Of a DNA stretch of 64,000 nt, positions 38,501 to 51,904 are shown in pieces. A program made the position numbers and the translations under genes. Numbering within the stretch: position 1 is the stretch's first letter; each line of letters starts with the position of its first letter. Under the pieces are notes generated by a model. It was not told the DNA's origin. It did not search any database and saw only the letters and a program-made list of their open reading frames with translations. This DNA comes from the human T2T-CHM13v2.0 reference genome, Homo sapiens, in assembly GCF_009914755.1 (NCBI RefSeq), contig NC_060926.1. One strand, 5' to 3'.

Positions 38501-41500
38501 CCATGTATTTGTATAGTTTTAGGGGTTCCTTTTGGGTCGATAACTAGTTTTATTCCAGTGTGGTCTGAGAAGATAACGTGGTATGATTTCAATTTTCTTA
38601 AGTTTATTGAGACTTGTTTTGTGGCCTGTCATATGTTCTATCATGGAGAATGTTACATGTGGTGATGAGAAGAATGTATATTATGGAGGTCTTGGGTACA
38701 AGGTTCTGTAAATATCTGTTAGGTCACTTTGTTCCTGAGTGTAGTTTAAGCCCATTGTCTTTTTGTTGACTTTCTGTCTCAATAATCTGTCTAGTGCAGT
38801 CACTGGAGTATTGAACTATTATTATGTTCCTGTCTATCTCATTACTTAGGTCTAGTCGTAATTGGTTTATGAATCTGGGACCTCCAGATTTAGGTGCATA
38901 TATGTTTAGGATTATATCTTTTTGGTGGACTGATCCTTTTATCATTATATAATGACAGTTGCCTTTTTTTTTTTTTACCGTTGTTACTTTAAAGTCTGCT
39001 TTGTCTGATATAAGAATAACTACTCTTGCTTGTTTTTGGTGTTGATTTGTTTTTGTTTTTTCAGTTTGTCTTGTTTTTGGTTTCCAGTTACATAGAATGC
39101 CTTTTTCTACCCCTTTATCTTGAGTTTATAGGAATCCTTACATGTTAGGTAAGTCTCTTGAAGACAACAGATATTTGGTTTGTGATTCTTTATCCATTCT
39201 GTTAGTCTGTATCTTTTAAGTGTGGCATTTAGGCCATTTACATTTAATGTTAATACTGAGGTGTGAGGTACTGTTGTATTCATCATGTCAATTGTTTTCC
39301 AGATACTTTTTTAGTTACTGTTATTGTGTTATTGTTTTATAGGCTCTGTGAGTTCTGTGCATTCAAGAGGTTCTATTTTTGTGTATATTGAGCTTTTGTT
39401 TCAAGATTTATAACTTATTTTAGCATTTTTTTTATCGGGCTGCTCTGATAACAACAAATTCCCTCAGTAGTTGTTTGTTTGAAAATGACCTATTTGTCCT
39501 TCATTTATGAAACTTGGCTTTGCCTGATACAACACTCTTGGTTTACAGTTATTTTGTTTCAACAGGACAAAGATAGAACCCCAGTCCCTTCTGGCTTATA
39601 AGATTTCTGTTGTAAATCTGCTGTTAGTCTGGTAGATTTTTCTTTATAGGTTACCTCATGTGTTTTTCTCACTTTTTTTTTAGAACTCTTTGTTTCATGT
39701 TGACTTTATATAGCCTGATGACTGTATGTCTTGATGATGACCTTTTTGCAATGTATCTCCCAGGTGTTCTTTAAGCTTCTTGTATTTTAATATCTAAATC
39801 TCTAGCAAGGCCAGGGAGTCTTCCTCAATTATTCCCTGAAAAAAGATTTCCAAACTTTTTGCTTTCTCTTTTCCCTCAGGAATACCAATTATTCTTAGGT
39901 TTTGCCATTTTACATAATCTCATAATTCTTAGAGATGTCCTTCATTTCTCTTGATTCTTTTTTCTTTATTTTTGTCTTATTAGATGAATTCGGAAATATT
40001 TTTGTCTTATTAGTTGAATTTGAAAACTTGTCTTAGAGTTCTGAAATTCTTTCTTCTACTTTCCTTTGCATTGTGTAATTTACTAAGTGTGTATTTCATT
40101 TCCAGAAGTTCTGATTTTTTTAAGATATCTATCTTTCTAGAAAATTTGTTATTCATATTCTGAATTTTTTTTAATTTCTTTCTGTTGGTTTTTACCTTTC
40201 TCTGGTATTTCCTTGAGTAGCTTAATAATCAACCTTTTGAAATTTTTATCTGGTATTTCAAAGATTTCATATTGGTTTGCTTTATTTGCTGGAGGGCTAG
40301 TGTGATCTTTTGGGGGTATTATAGAATTCTGTTTTGTCCTATTATCAGAATTATTTTTCTGGTTTCTTCTCATTTGGGTAGACTATTTCTTCACATTATT
40401 CTTGAATTTACTTTTGACTTCTTTTATTTTTTTCCTTTTTATGGATGTGACTTTAACATTTATAGTTTATTGAAACCTAACTTAGGTACTGGTGCTTTCT
40501 AGGGTGAAGACTCAGTATGGATTCCTTGGTTATAGGTCTTTGTATGATGGCCTTCTCGGGTGCTGATTATAGTAGCAATGTGCTCACTGTGTGAGCAAGT
40601 TCACTGTTTCCTGTAGGAAATGCCTCTCAAAGCTTATTTCATTCCCCCATGATGTTTACTTTTTTATTTATTAATTTTTCCCCAGGATTTTATTTACTGG
40701 GTTGAATAGTTCAGGCTTCAGCCCAATAAGGGATGTGTCTACAGGTAGAAACCAGATGTTGTTAAAGCAGGTGGGTAAATGCAGTATCCAATGGCTGGGC
40801 AGAGGACGGAGGTGGCTGGGAGAGCTCTCAGTGAAACACACTGAGGTCTTATCAGTGGGAAGGACCAGATTTACCTCAGCTTCTCTGCCAGGACAGCAGG
40901 AAGTCTTTCCCTCACCAAGACACACTCCTGACCTGGTGTTCCAGCTATTCAGATCAGACAGGTACCTTTTTTACATCTGTGGGAATGTTGGTGTTTCAAC
41001 TAGAAAGAAACTGTGGTTCTACCTCTCATGTAAACCTGCACTTGGAGGCATTTCTCCTGTGGGGATGCATCCCCCCTGAGGTGTCGCAGAACATCTGTCT
41101 CTAGGTGCACCCACACTGAGCTCCTATGGGAAAACCCCAACTGTGTCTGCAGTGGTGGACAAATGGGAAACTTGTCCCATTCTCTAAGACATTTCATGAG
41201 TAACAGAGCTTCCCGAGCATTGTGGTAGAACTGAAGACTTTCTCAGCTGAGCCTAGCACTGCAACTGTGGCTCCACTGGAAGAAACTTGCCACCAGCAGA
41301 AAGGTCTGGGACTCAAGGTCTGCCATCTGGGTTTTGTCCCATAGGATGTCCCCTTGATTTGGGGCCCTCTCCTTCCTCTAGGAAATAGAAGTTCCAGAGA
41401 GCCAGACTATTGTGAATGCTGTTGCTCTTTGGGGTGTAGCCACCCACTAAGGCCACCACACTCCAGGCTGGTGCTGGTGAATGTCTGCAAGGGATCCTGA

Positions 41501-43380
41501 GATGTGGCCTGTTGTTAAGTCTCCCAGCAGTAGGTACTAGCACCCGCTCTGATAGGGATGACAGGGGAGTGACATAGACTCTGTGAGATTCCTTGGTTAT
41601 AGATAGGCTTAGTTTGCTGACTTTCTCAAATGCCAGTTATTGTAGTGATGAACTATGAGGTAGACAGACTTAGGACCTCCTGATTAGCCAGGATTGTGAA
41701 GGCAATGGTGGTAATTTAGGTTGCACACAGGTTCTCTCCTTCCTGGGTATAGTGTTTTTCTACCTGGAAATGCTGTAGTGGACTGTGTCAGTTGGTTTCC
41801 AGCCAAGAGCTGACACTTTTAAAAGAGCACCTAGTAGTATTGGTCAGATTTGTGATTGCCTTATGTAACCCAGGGGAGGTACACTGGTTTCTCAGATGAT
41901 AGGCAGAGTCATAAAGCTCCCGAAAGGTTTGTCCTTTGTGTTAAGCTACCAGGGTGGGTGCAAGGGCAAAACCAGGTGGGGGCTGGGTCAGGCAGGTTTA
42001 CACTCAGGCTCTCAGCATGCAAGGTAAGCAGTGGCCCCTGTGGGAGTCAGGAGGGCAGTTCTCTGGCCACTGGGGTAATATTCCAGAGAAGAGCGTAGCT
42101 GCCTCTGCTGCAGAAGAGTTTGTGTAGGGAGTGGGAAGTAGCAAGTGGCAGTAAACCCATCTAGGGACTTGGCAAGGCAGATCTCCCAGATGCAATTTTT
42201 CTCTAGAAGTAGAGAACTAAGTTCCAGGCGATCTATGCTCAGAACTCACAACTGCCCCAGGCCATAAACTCTCCCTGCAGAGATAGCAACCATGGCTTTC
42301 TTTTCTTTTTTTTTTTTTTTTTTTTAATTGTACTTCAAGTTTTAAGGTACATGTGCACAACATGTAGGTGTGTTACATATGTATACACGTGCCATGTTGG
42401 TGTGCTGCACCCATTAACTCGTCATTTAACATTAGGTATATCTTCTAATGCTATCCCTCCCGACTCCCCCTACCCCACAACAGGCTCCAGTGTGTGATGT
42501 TCCCCTTCCTGTGTCCATGTGTTCTCATTGTTCAGTTCCCACCTATGAGTGAGAACATGCAGTGTTTGGTTTTTTGTCTTTGCGATAGTTTGCTGAGAAT
42601 GATGGTTTCCAGCTTCATCCATGTCCCTACAAAGGACATGAACTCGTCATTTTTTATGGCTGCATAGTATTCCATGGTGTATTATGTGCCACATTTTCTT
42701 AATCTGGTCTATCATTGTTGGATATTTGGGTTGGTTCCAAGTCTTTGCTATTGTGAATAGTGCCGCAGTAAACATACGTGTGCATGTGTCTTTATAGTAG
42801 CATAATTTATAATCCTTTCATGTGTCTTTTGACTGCATAAATGTCTTCTTTTGAGAAGTGTCTATTCATATCCTTTGCCCACTTGTTGATGGACAACCAT
42901 GGCTTTCATGCTATGCCCTTCCCAGTCTGCCTGCACATCCAGGGTGCAGAGCTCCTGTGGTCTTGGTTGCAGCACACTTCCCACTCACTCATGGGTTCTG
43001 AGCAAGGGAGTTCTTCCCCATTTGAGTTTATATCGCAAAATTCATTTGGGAGATTCTTTCAACGTGCTACTGGTGCCTGAGTTAGTTGAGAGACCTCTGT
43101 GAGGTCCCCTGTGAGGCAGAATAAAGAATGCCTTCCCTAGGTCTGGGCAGTCTATCCCCCTCTCATACTCTGAGGACTTAGTTTTTTTGCTTGCTCATGG
43201 TGTAGGTGGCAGCCTGCTGCTTCTTTCAGAGGGTCTATGGATTTCTGTTTTCCTATTAAGTTCTTGCATTTCTTCTTAGAAACAAAATCTCACAGTGGGA
43301 GTATCTGTGTACTATTTTGTCTTTCCAAGTGGGAGAGACATGCTAATACTGCCTCCAATCACCTATCCTGGGGTTGGGGG
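35555..43380 (-). mobile_element. Near-full-length L1PB-type LINE-1 with long (~2.4 kb) 5' region and a 3'UTR deletion
   Basis: 3' end atttcaatagatattggagtacaagtgacttttggttacatg. ORF2 fragments ([25 protein letters not shown]). ORF1 start MRRNQKNNSDN..PKDHTS at 40373. Confidence 0.85.
42301..42893 (-). mobile_element. Young 5'-truncated L1PA3/4-like insertion with an internal deletion
   Basis: Perfect 14-bp TSD caaccatggctttc at 42287-42300 and 42894-42907, and a long poly-T. Confidence 0.93.
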
Positions 43381-43469
43381 GATGTTCAGTACGATTTAGA
43401 AGGCTGCCTGTTGTTTGTCTAGAAAGTATATGGAGAGTGTGTTATATTCAGATTTCTTGGGATGTATTC

Positions 43470-43880
43470 TCTATTAGCCTTTTCATGTTGCCATAACAAA
43501 GTAATGCCAACTGTGTGAGAAACAACAGAAATGTATCCTCATGCAGTTCTGGACATCAAAGTTACAGCTAATTCTGGTCTAGATAAGGGCTCTCTTCCTG
43601 GCTTGTAGATGGCTGCCTTCATGCCATGTCCTCACATGGCCTTTTTTGGGTGCACGTGCACGTGTACACTGTGTGTGGGTGTGAGTGTGGGTGTGGGTGT
43701 GGTGGGGGAAAGGGAAACTCTTAATTTTTTTAATAAAGCTACCAATCCCATCATATTAGGATCTTCATTTTATGAACATGTTTAATCCTAATTACCTCCT
43801 TATAGGCCCTATCTCCAAATACAGTCTTAATGAGAATTGGGGCTATTAAATTTTGAGGGAACACAATTTAGTCCACAGCA
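43470..43880 (-). mobile_element. MLT1A/B MaLR LTR
   Basis: gttgccataacaaagta...agggctctcttcctggcttgtagatggctgcc...gggaacacaatttagtccacagca. Confidence 0.8.
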
Positions 43881-43889
43881 TGTTCTAGT

Positions 43890-44242
43890 GGTTTGAGTCA
43901 AAGTCCTTAGCATAATCTAAGCAGCCTGGAATGTAGACCTGTGCCCTGGCTAGATCTCTCATATTAATATCTATTTAAGCATCCTGACTACCTGCTGTTA
44001 TTTGAAATGCTAGATATAGTTTCTTTTCAAGGCCTTCCTATGCAGTGTTTTCTCTGCCTGCTTACATAATGACTTCTCTGTTTGGCTGAAACTTTTCAGT
44101 TAGATCTCTTCCCAAATGTTGCCTCCTTATCCATTTTTTAGGGGTTTAAAATGTACTTTCATCAATTTATAAGTTCAGCATAAAGACACACTCTTTTGTT
44201 CATTGTTTCTTATGAAGTAGTAAATATTTATTGGATTAATGA
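43890..44242 (+). mobile_element. L2 3' fragment
   Basis: aaagtccttagcataatcta...tagtaaatatttattggattaatga. Confidence 0.5.
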
Positions 44243-46798
44243 CAGAAAAAAACAGACTGAGTACCAATTTTATTTTAATTGCATATCAAGGAGGACCTGA
44301 GTGGCTGGACTTTTTCTCATCTGTTTATAATTAAGTCACTTGGACCAATTTGCAAGTTCGTAAGGGTATGCCCTTTCATTCTCTAGCCCTTCCAGTCTGG
44401 TCCACATTAACAAATGCATGTATCTAACTATCAAATACTCCTTTAGATATTCAACGTAATTAGTAGCTCACGAGAGAACAAATTATTTGCTATTTTACAT
44501 CTCCAGTTTGGGGTAGCTTTTTCAAAAACCGTTGTTGGATGCCACTATAAAGGAATTTCTAAAAGGGGGCCTCAACATTTACAGTCTCCTCTCAGGAAAT
44601 TCCACATTTATTATCTCCAAACAGTTAAAAAATAAAACTGTTGATCTGAGATGTAAAAAGCACAATTTGTGGCTAAATTAAGCAAAAGCTGAAATTACTT
44701 ATGATCCATCCTTATTCCTTCTAATGGTGTCAATATTCTTTTTTTATTAGATGTTTATAAATTTTATTTTTTCAGTCCTTAGACTATTAGGCAGAAGCTG
44801 TCAACATTTCTGATGACAGCAAGGAACAGTAAGAACAATCAAGGTAACAGGTTGACAAATTTATTAGAAACCACAGGAAATTTACACAAGCCACTGCAGT
44901 AGATGAGTGACTCCATCTCCTCCCAGTCCTGGCATTCTCTCCTGTGCTGCAGTGGCCACCAGGTAGAACATGAAGGGAACATAGAAAGTTGACACTATCT
45001 ATCCTAAGTTCTCAAGAGGAATCAGAGTGCAAAAACAACTCAATTTGGAAATTCAGCATCGTTTCTTTTATTTACAACCCACACAGCTCTTTCTCCTGCC
45101 ATTTCTTACTTGTGTGTTCTTCAGAAACATTTCACACTTCCTTGGACTTCCCTCAAAGGTGACAGATGGGTAACCCAATCCGAATATGCTGTTTACTTCA
45201 CTTGCATATGAGTTTCTTATTACAATATAATTGATGTGGGGAGGCAGGTATACAAAGGCACACTTGGAGCATCTTTCCAATTTGGCCAAGTTTGAATCCC
45301 ATTTCAACATAATTGAGCCATCTTATTTACCACATGTCTGTCAGGTACACTTATTTCTTTTCTTACTAGCCAGCATTATTTCACCACAGAATTCAAAATA
45401 ATCTAAGTACTTATGTTGATCTAATTACCTCCTGGAATTTTGCTTTTTTACCAAATGACATTAACTTTTTAATGTATGAGATGATATTTGTGTTTCATTG
45501 TATATGACTTATCAATTTTTACGTAATGCATTTATCTTATGCATTCTACCTGGTCTCATGAGGGACCTTGCACAAGGCCTTGGGGATAGAGAACAGCTTT
45601 GGGAATGACCAGAACCTAAACTCTCCTAAAAGGCCATCAAAGAAAGGAACAACATGTACAGTAAGTCACCACATTGGTAAATTCAATGATTGTTACTTCC
45701 AGTTATCCTTCCTTCACATAGCACTTAATTCTGTTTCAAATTTCTGAATAATGATTGAAAAAAGGAGTTTAGATCACATTCTAAGGAAATATCTGATCCC
45801 CAAAGATTCCATAGTGCCAGGAAATACTGTCCAGGCTCAACTATACACAACATTGAGGGTAATTTCCCAAAAACATTGTGGGCTGCTGTTACAAAGAGTT
45901 TTAATAATACATAATTTGTAACTTTTATGTGTACATAGTATACATATTTATGGGATATATGAGATACTTTGATACAGGCAGGCAATGTGTAATTATATCA
46001 TTATCATTTGTATTGCAAACAATCCAATTATACCCTTTTAGTTATCTTTAAATGTAAAATCAAATTATTGACTATAATCACCCTGTTTTGCTATCAAATG
46101 CTAGATCTTACTAATTTTTTAATTTTTTTTGTACCCATTAACCATCTGCACCCCACCATTCCACCCCCACTACACTTCCTAATCTCTGATAACCATTCTT
46201 TTACTTTCTGTCTTGATGAGTTCAATTGTTTTAATTTTTAGCTCCCACAAATAAGTGAGAACATGTGAAGTTTGTCTTTCTGTGCCTCGCTTATTTCACT
46301 TAACATAATGACCTCCAGTGCCAGCCATTTTGCCACAAATGACAGGATATCATTTTTTATGGCTGAATAGTACTCCATTGTATATATGTACCATTCATAC
46401 ATTCTTTATCCATTTATCTGTCAATGGACACTTAGGTTGTTTCCAAATCTTGTCTACTGTGAATGATGCTGCAATAAACATGGGAATACAGTTATCTCTT
46501 TGATATACTGATTTCCTTTCTTTTGGTGATATACATAGCAGAAGATTGCTGGATCATATAGTTGTTCTATTTTTAGCTCTCTAAGGAAGCTTTAAAATGT
46601 TCTCCATAGTTAGTGGTTGTACTAGTGGGTCAGTACAACCCACTAGTTAGTACAACAACGAGTCAGTGGGTGGGATTCTCCCACCCACAGTATAGGAGGG
46701 TTCCTTTTTCTCCACAACCTCTCCAGCATTTGTTAATTGTTATTGCTAGTCTTATTAATAAAAGCCATTTTAACTGGGATGAGATGGTATCTTGTACT

Positions 46799-47079
<281 letters not shown>

Positions 47080-50000
47080 TCTCATACTACTATTGATTTA
47101 CATTTCTCTGATGATCAATGATGTTGAACACCTTTTCATATACCTGTATGACAGTTTTATGTCTCCCTTTGAGAAATGTTTATTCAGATTTTTTGCTAAT
47201 TAATCAAATTATTAGATTTTTTTTCCTATAGTGTTGTTTGAATTCCTTATATATTCTGGTTATTAGCCTCTGTCAGATGGGTAGTTTGCAAATGTATTCT
47301 CCCATTCTGTGAGTTGTATCCTCACATTGTTGATTGTTATTTTTGTTGTGCAGAAGCTTTTTAACTTGATGTAATCCCATTTGTCATTTTTTGTTTTGGT
47401 TGTCTGTGCTTGTGGGGTATTACTCAAGAAATCATTGACCAGTCCTAGAGAATTCTAGGATGGAGATTCTCTGTCTTAGAGAATTTCCCCAAAGTTTTCT
47501 TTTAGTAGTTTCATAGTTTGAGGTCTTAGAATTAAGTCTCTAATACATTTGACTTGATTTTTGTGTATGGCAAGTGATAAGGGTCTAGTTTCACTCTTTT
47601 GAACATGGATATCCAGTTTTCACAGAAACATTTATTGAAGAGACTGTCTTTTCTCTATACATGTTCTTGACACCTTTGTTGAAAACAAGTTTATTATATG
47701 TACATGGATTTGTTTCTGTGTTCACTATACTGTTGCATTGATCTATGCATCTGTTTTTATGCCAGTACCATGCTGTTTTGGTCTCAATAGCTATTTAGTA
47801 CAATTCGAAGTCAGGTAATGTGATTCTTCCAGTTTTGTTCTTTTTGTGCAGGATGCCTTCGGCATTTCTGGGTCTTTTGTGGCTTCATATAAATTTTAAG
47901 TTTTTTTTTTTTATATTTCCATGAAGAATGTCATTGGTATTTTGATAGAGATTGCATTGAATCTGTAGATTGCTTTGGGCTTATGGATATTTTAACAATT
48001 TGATTCTTCCAATCCATAAAAAGGGACTATCTCCCCATTTTTTGTGTGTCCCCTTCTATTTGTTTTTCAGTATTTTATAGTTTTCACTGTAGAGATCTTT
48101 CACTTCTTTGGTTAATTTCTAGGTATTTTATTTTATTTGTAGCTATTGTAAATGAAATTACTTTCTTGATTTCTTTTCAGATTATTGGCTGTTGGCATAT
48201 AGAAATGTTATGGAATTTTATATGTTGATTTTTTTATCATGCAACTTTACTGAATTTGTTTATGAGCTCTCACAGTTTTTGGTGGAGTCTTTAGGTTTTT
48301 CCAAATACAAATATCATCTGCAAACAAGGATAATTTGATTTCTGCATTGTTAATTTGGATGCCCTTTATTTCTTTCTCTTGTCTGATTGCTCTAGCTAGG
48401 ATTTCCAGTATTGTGCTGAAACAGTGATAAAAGTGGGCATCGTTGTTATGTTCTAGGTCTTAGAGGAATGGCTTTCAGTTTTTCCCAGTCTGTATGATAC
48501 TGGCTATGAGTCTGTTGTATACGGTTTTTATTATCTTGAGGTATGTTCTTTTTGTACCCAGTTTATTGAGTATTTTAATCATAAAGGGGTGTAGAATTTT
48601 ATCAGCTTTTCAGCATCAATTGAAATAATCATATGGTTGTTGTCCTTCATTCTGTTGATATGATATATCACACTGATTGACTTGTATATGTTGAATTATC
48701 CTTTCATCCCAGGAATAAATCTCACTTGGTCATGATGAATTAGCTTTTTAATGTATTGTTGAATTGGGTTCTTTACAACGTATTGTTAGGTTGTTTATTT
48801 GAAATTTCTATACTTTTTTATGTAGGTACTTATAGCTATAAACTTTTCTCTAAGTACTGCTTTTGTAGTATCCCATAAGTTGTGGTATGTTGTGTTTCCA
48901 TGTTTTGTTTCAATAACTTTTTAAATTTCCCTCTTAATTTCTTCATTGCTCCACTGGTCATTCAGAAGCGTATCATTTAATTTCCAGGTAATTGCATAGT
49001 TTTCAAATTCCTCTTGTTATTTATTTCTAGTCTTATTCCACTGTGGTCAGAAAAAGATACTTGATATTATTTTATTTTTTGAATTTTTAAAGACATGTTT
49101 TGTGGCCAAATGTATGGTCTATCCTTGAGAATGATTCATGTTCTGAAGAGAAGTATGTATTCTACAGCCATTGGATGAAGTATTCTGTATATATCAATTA
49201 GGTTCGCTTGGTCTATACTCAGATAAATATCAATATTTCTTTGTTGATTTTCTGTCTGGATAATCTGTCTAATGCTAAAACTGGGGTGTTGAAGTCTTTA
49301 TTGTTGTACTGGGGTCTATCGCTTTATCTCTAATAATATTTGTTTTATGTATCTGGGTGCTCCATTGTTGGGTACACATGTGTTTTCAATTGTTATATCC
49401 TGTTGCTAAATTGACCCCTTTATTATTATATAATGACCTTCTTTGTCCTTGTATGGTTTTTGTCTTGAAATCCATTTTGTCTGATATAAGCATATCTACT
49501 TGATATGGTTTAGATATTTGTCCCTGCCCAAATCTCATGTTGAACTCTATTCCCCAGTGCTGGAGTTGGGGCCTGGTAGGAGGTGTTTGGATCATGGGAG
49601 AAGATCCCTCATGACTTGATGCTGTCTTTATGATAGTGAGTGAATTCTTGCAGGATCTGGTTATTTAAAAGTGTGTGATATTTCACTTCCACTCTCTCTT
49701 GCTCCTACTTTCACCATGTGAAATGCCTACTCCTGCTTCATTTTCTGTCATGAGTAAAAGCTCCCTGAAACCTCCCCAGAAGCAGATGCTGCTATGCTTC
49801 CTGTATAGCATTCAGAGCCATGAGCCAATTAAGCCACTGTTCTTATAAATTAACTAGTCTCATGTATTTCTTTATAGCAATTCAAGGATGACCTAAAACA
49901 GAAAATTGGAACCAAGGAGTTAGGTATTGCTACAAAGACACCTGAAAATATGGATGCAGCTTTGGTTCTGGGTAATGGACAGAGGTTGGAAGAGTTTGGA

Positions 50001-50251
50001 GGGCTCAGAAGAAGATAGGAAGATGAGGAAAAGTTTGGATCTAACCAGAGACTGGTTAAATGGTTGTAACCAAAATGCGTGATAGTGATATGCATAGTGA
50101 AGACTAGGCTGCCAAGGTCTCATATGGAAATGAGGAACTTATTGGGAACGGGAGCAAAGGTCACATATGTTACACCTTAGCAAAGAACTTGGCTATATGG
50201 CATTCATGCCCTAGGGATCTGTGGAAATTTGAAGTTCAGAGTGATGATTTA

Positions 50252-50737
50252 TGCTGCTATAAAGACACATGCACACGTATGTTTATTGTGGCACTACTCA
50301 CAATAGCAAAGACTTGGAACCAACCCAAATGTCCAACAATGATACACTGGATTAAGAAAATGTGGCACATATACACCATGGAATACTATGCAGCCGTAAA
50401 AAATGATGAGTTCATGTCCTTTGTAGGGACATGGTTGAAGCTGGAAACCATCATTCTCAGCAAACTATCGCAAAGACAAAAAACCAAACACCGCATGTTC
50501 TCACTCATAGGTGGGAATTGAACAATGAGAACACTTGGACACAGGAAGGGGAACATCACACTCTGGGGACTGTTGTGGGGTGGGAGGATGGGGGAGGGAT
50601 AGCATTAGGAGATATACCTAATGTAAATGATGAGTTAATGGGTTCAGCACACCAACATGGCACATGTATACATATGTAACAAACCTGCAAGTTGTGCACA
50701 TGTAACCTAGAACTTAAAGTATAATTATATATATAAA
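50252..50737 (+). mobile_element. 5'-truncated L1PA4/5-like insertion
   Basis: Perfect 14-bp TSD agagtgatgattta at 50238-50251 and 50738-50751. ORF2 C-terminus CCYKDTCTRMFI...MFSLIGGN. Confidence 0.93.
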
Positions 50738-51904
50738 AGAGTGATGATTTAGAGTGTCCGGTGTAAGAAACTTCTAAGCGACAAAGCATTCAAAAAGTAA
50801 TCTGGCTGCTTCTAACAACCTATGCTTAGATGTGGGAGCAAAGAAATGACTTAAATTTGGAATATATATTTAAAAGGGAAGTAGAGTGTAAAAGTTTGTA
50901 AAACTTGCAGCCTTGCCATGTGGCGGAGAAAGAAAAGGCTTTCTCAGAAGAGGAATTTAAGTGGGCTGTGTAACCACCACTTGCTAGAGATCTTTGCATA
51001 TCTAAAAGAGAGCCAAGTGCTAATATCCAAGGCAAGGAGAAAAGGGCTTTGAAGGCATTTTAGAAACTTCACAGAAGCTCCTTCTACCACAGGTCTGGAG
51101 GCCTAAGAAGGAAAGATGGTTCCCTGGGCCAGCCTCAGGGCCCTGCTGCCCTGGGCAGCCTTGGAACAATGCTCCCCACTTTCTGACAGCTTCAACTCTA
51201 GCCTCAGCTCAAAAAGGCTTAGTATTTCTCTAGCTGACACTTTGGACAATGCAGGCCATAAGCCTTTTGGCAGCTTCTATGTGATCTTACACCTGTAGGC
51301 GCACAGAATGCAAGAATGAAGAAGGCTGAGGAGCATCTGCCTAGATTTCAGAGGATGTGTGAGAAAGCATGGGTGCCCAGGCAGAAGCTTGCTACAGGGT
51401 CACAGCCCTCAACAGAGAACCTCTGCTAGGGTAGTGCCAAAGGGAAATGTGGGGTTGGAGCCCCTGTGCAGGGTCCTCAGTGGGCACTGCCTAGCAGAGC
51501 TGTGAGAAGGGGGCCACTCTCCTCCGGACCACAGAATGGCAGATTCACTTGCGGCTTGAACCCTGCACCTGGAAAGCTGTAGGCTGTCAACAGCCTGAGA
51601 GAGCAGCCACAGGGGCTGAACTTTGCAAAGCCACAGAGGTGGAGCTGCCCAGTCCTTGAACCAGCATGCCCTGGATGTGGGACATGGAGTCAAAGGAGAC
51701 TCCTCTGGAGTTTTGAAGTTTAATGACTGCCCTGCTTAGTTTCAAATTTGCATAGGAGCTGTGACCCCTTTCTTTTGGCTGATTTCTCTCTTTTGGAACA
51801 GGTATGTGTATCCAATGCTTCTACTCTCATTCTATCTTGGAAGCAAATAAATTGCTTTTGATTTTACAGGCCCATAGGTGGAAGCCTGTGAGCTTGCCTT
51901 GCCT

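Noticed and set aside
43650-43708. gtgcacgtgcac palindrome and GT-rich tract
   Set aside because: A decayed microsatellite within the MLT1 LTR.
50189-50521. 110-aa MST-int/L1 fusion ORF
   Set aside because: Chance in-frame junction with a non-ATG (TTG) start and no expression evidence.
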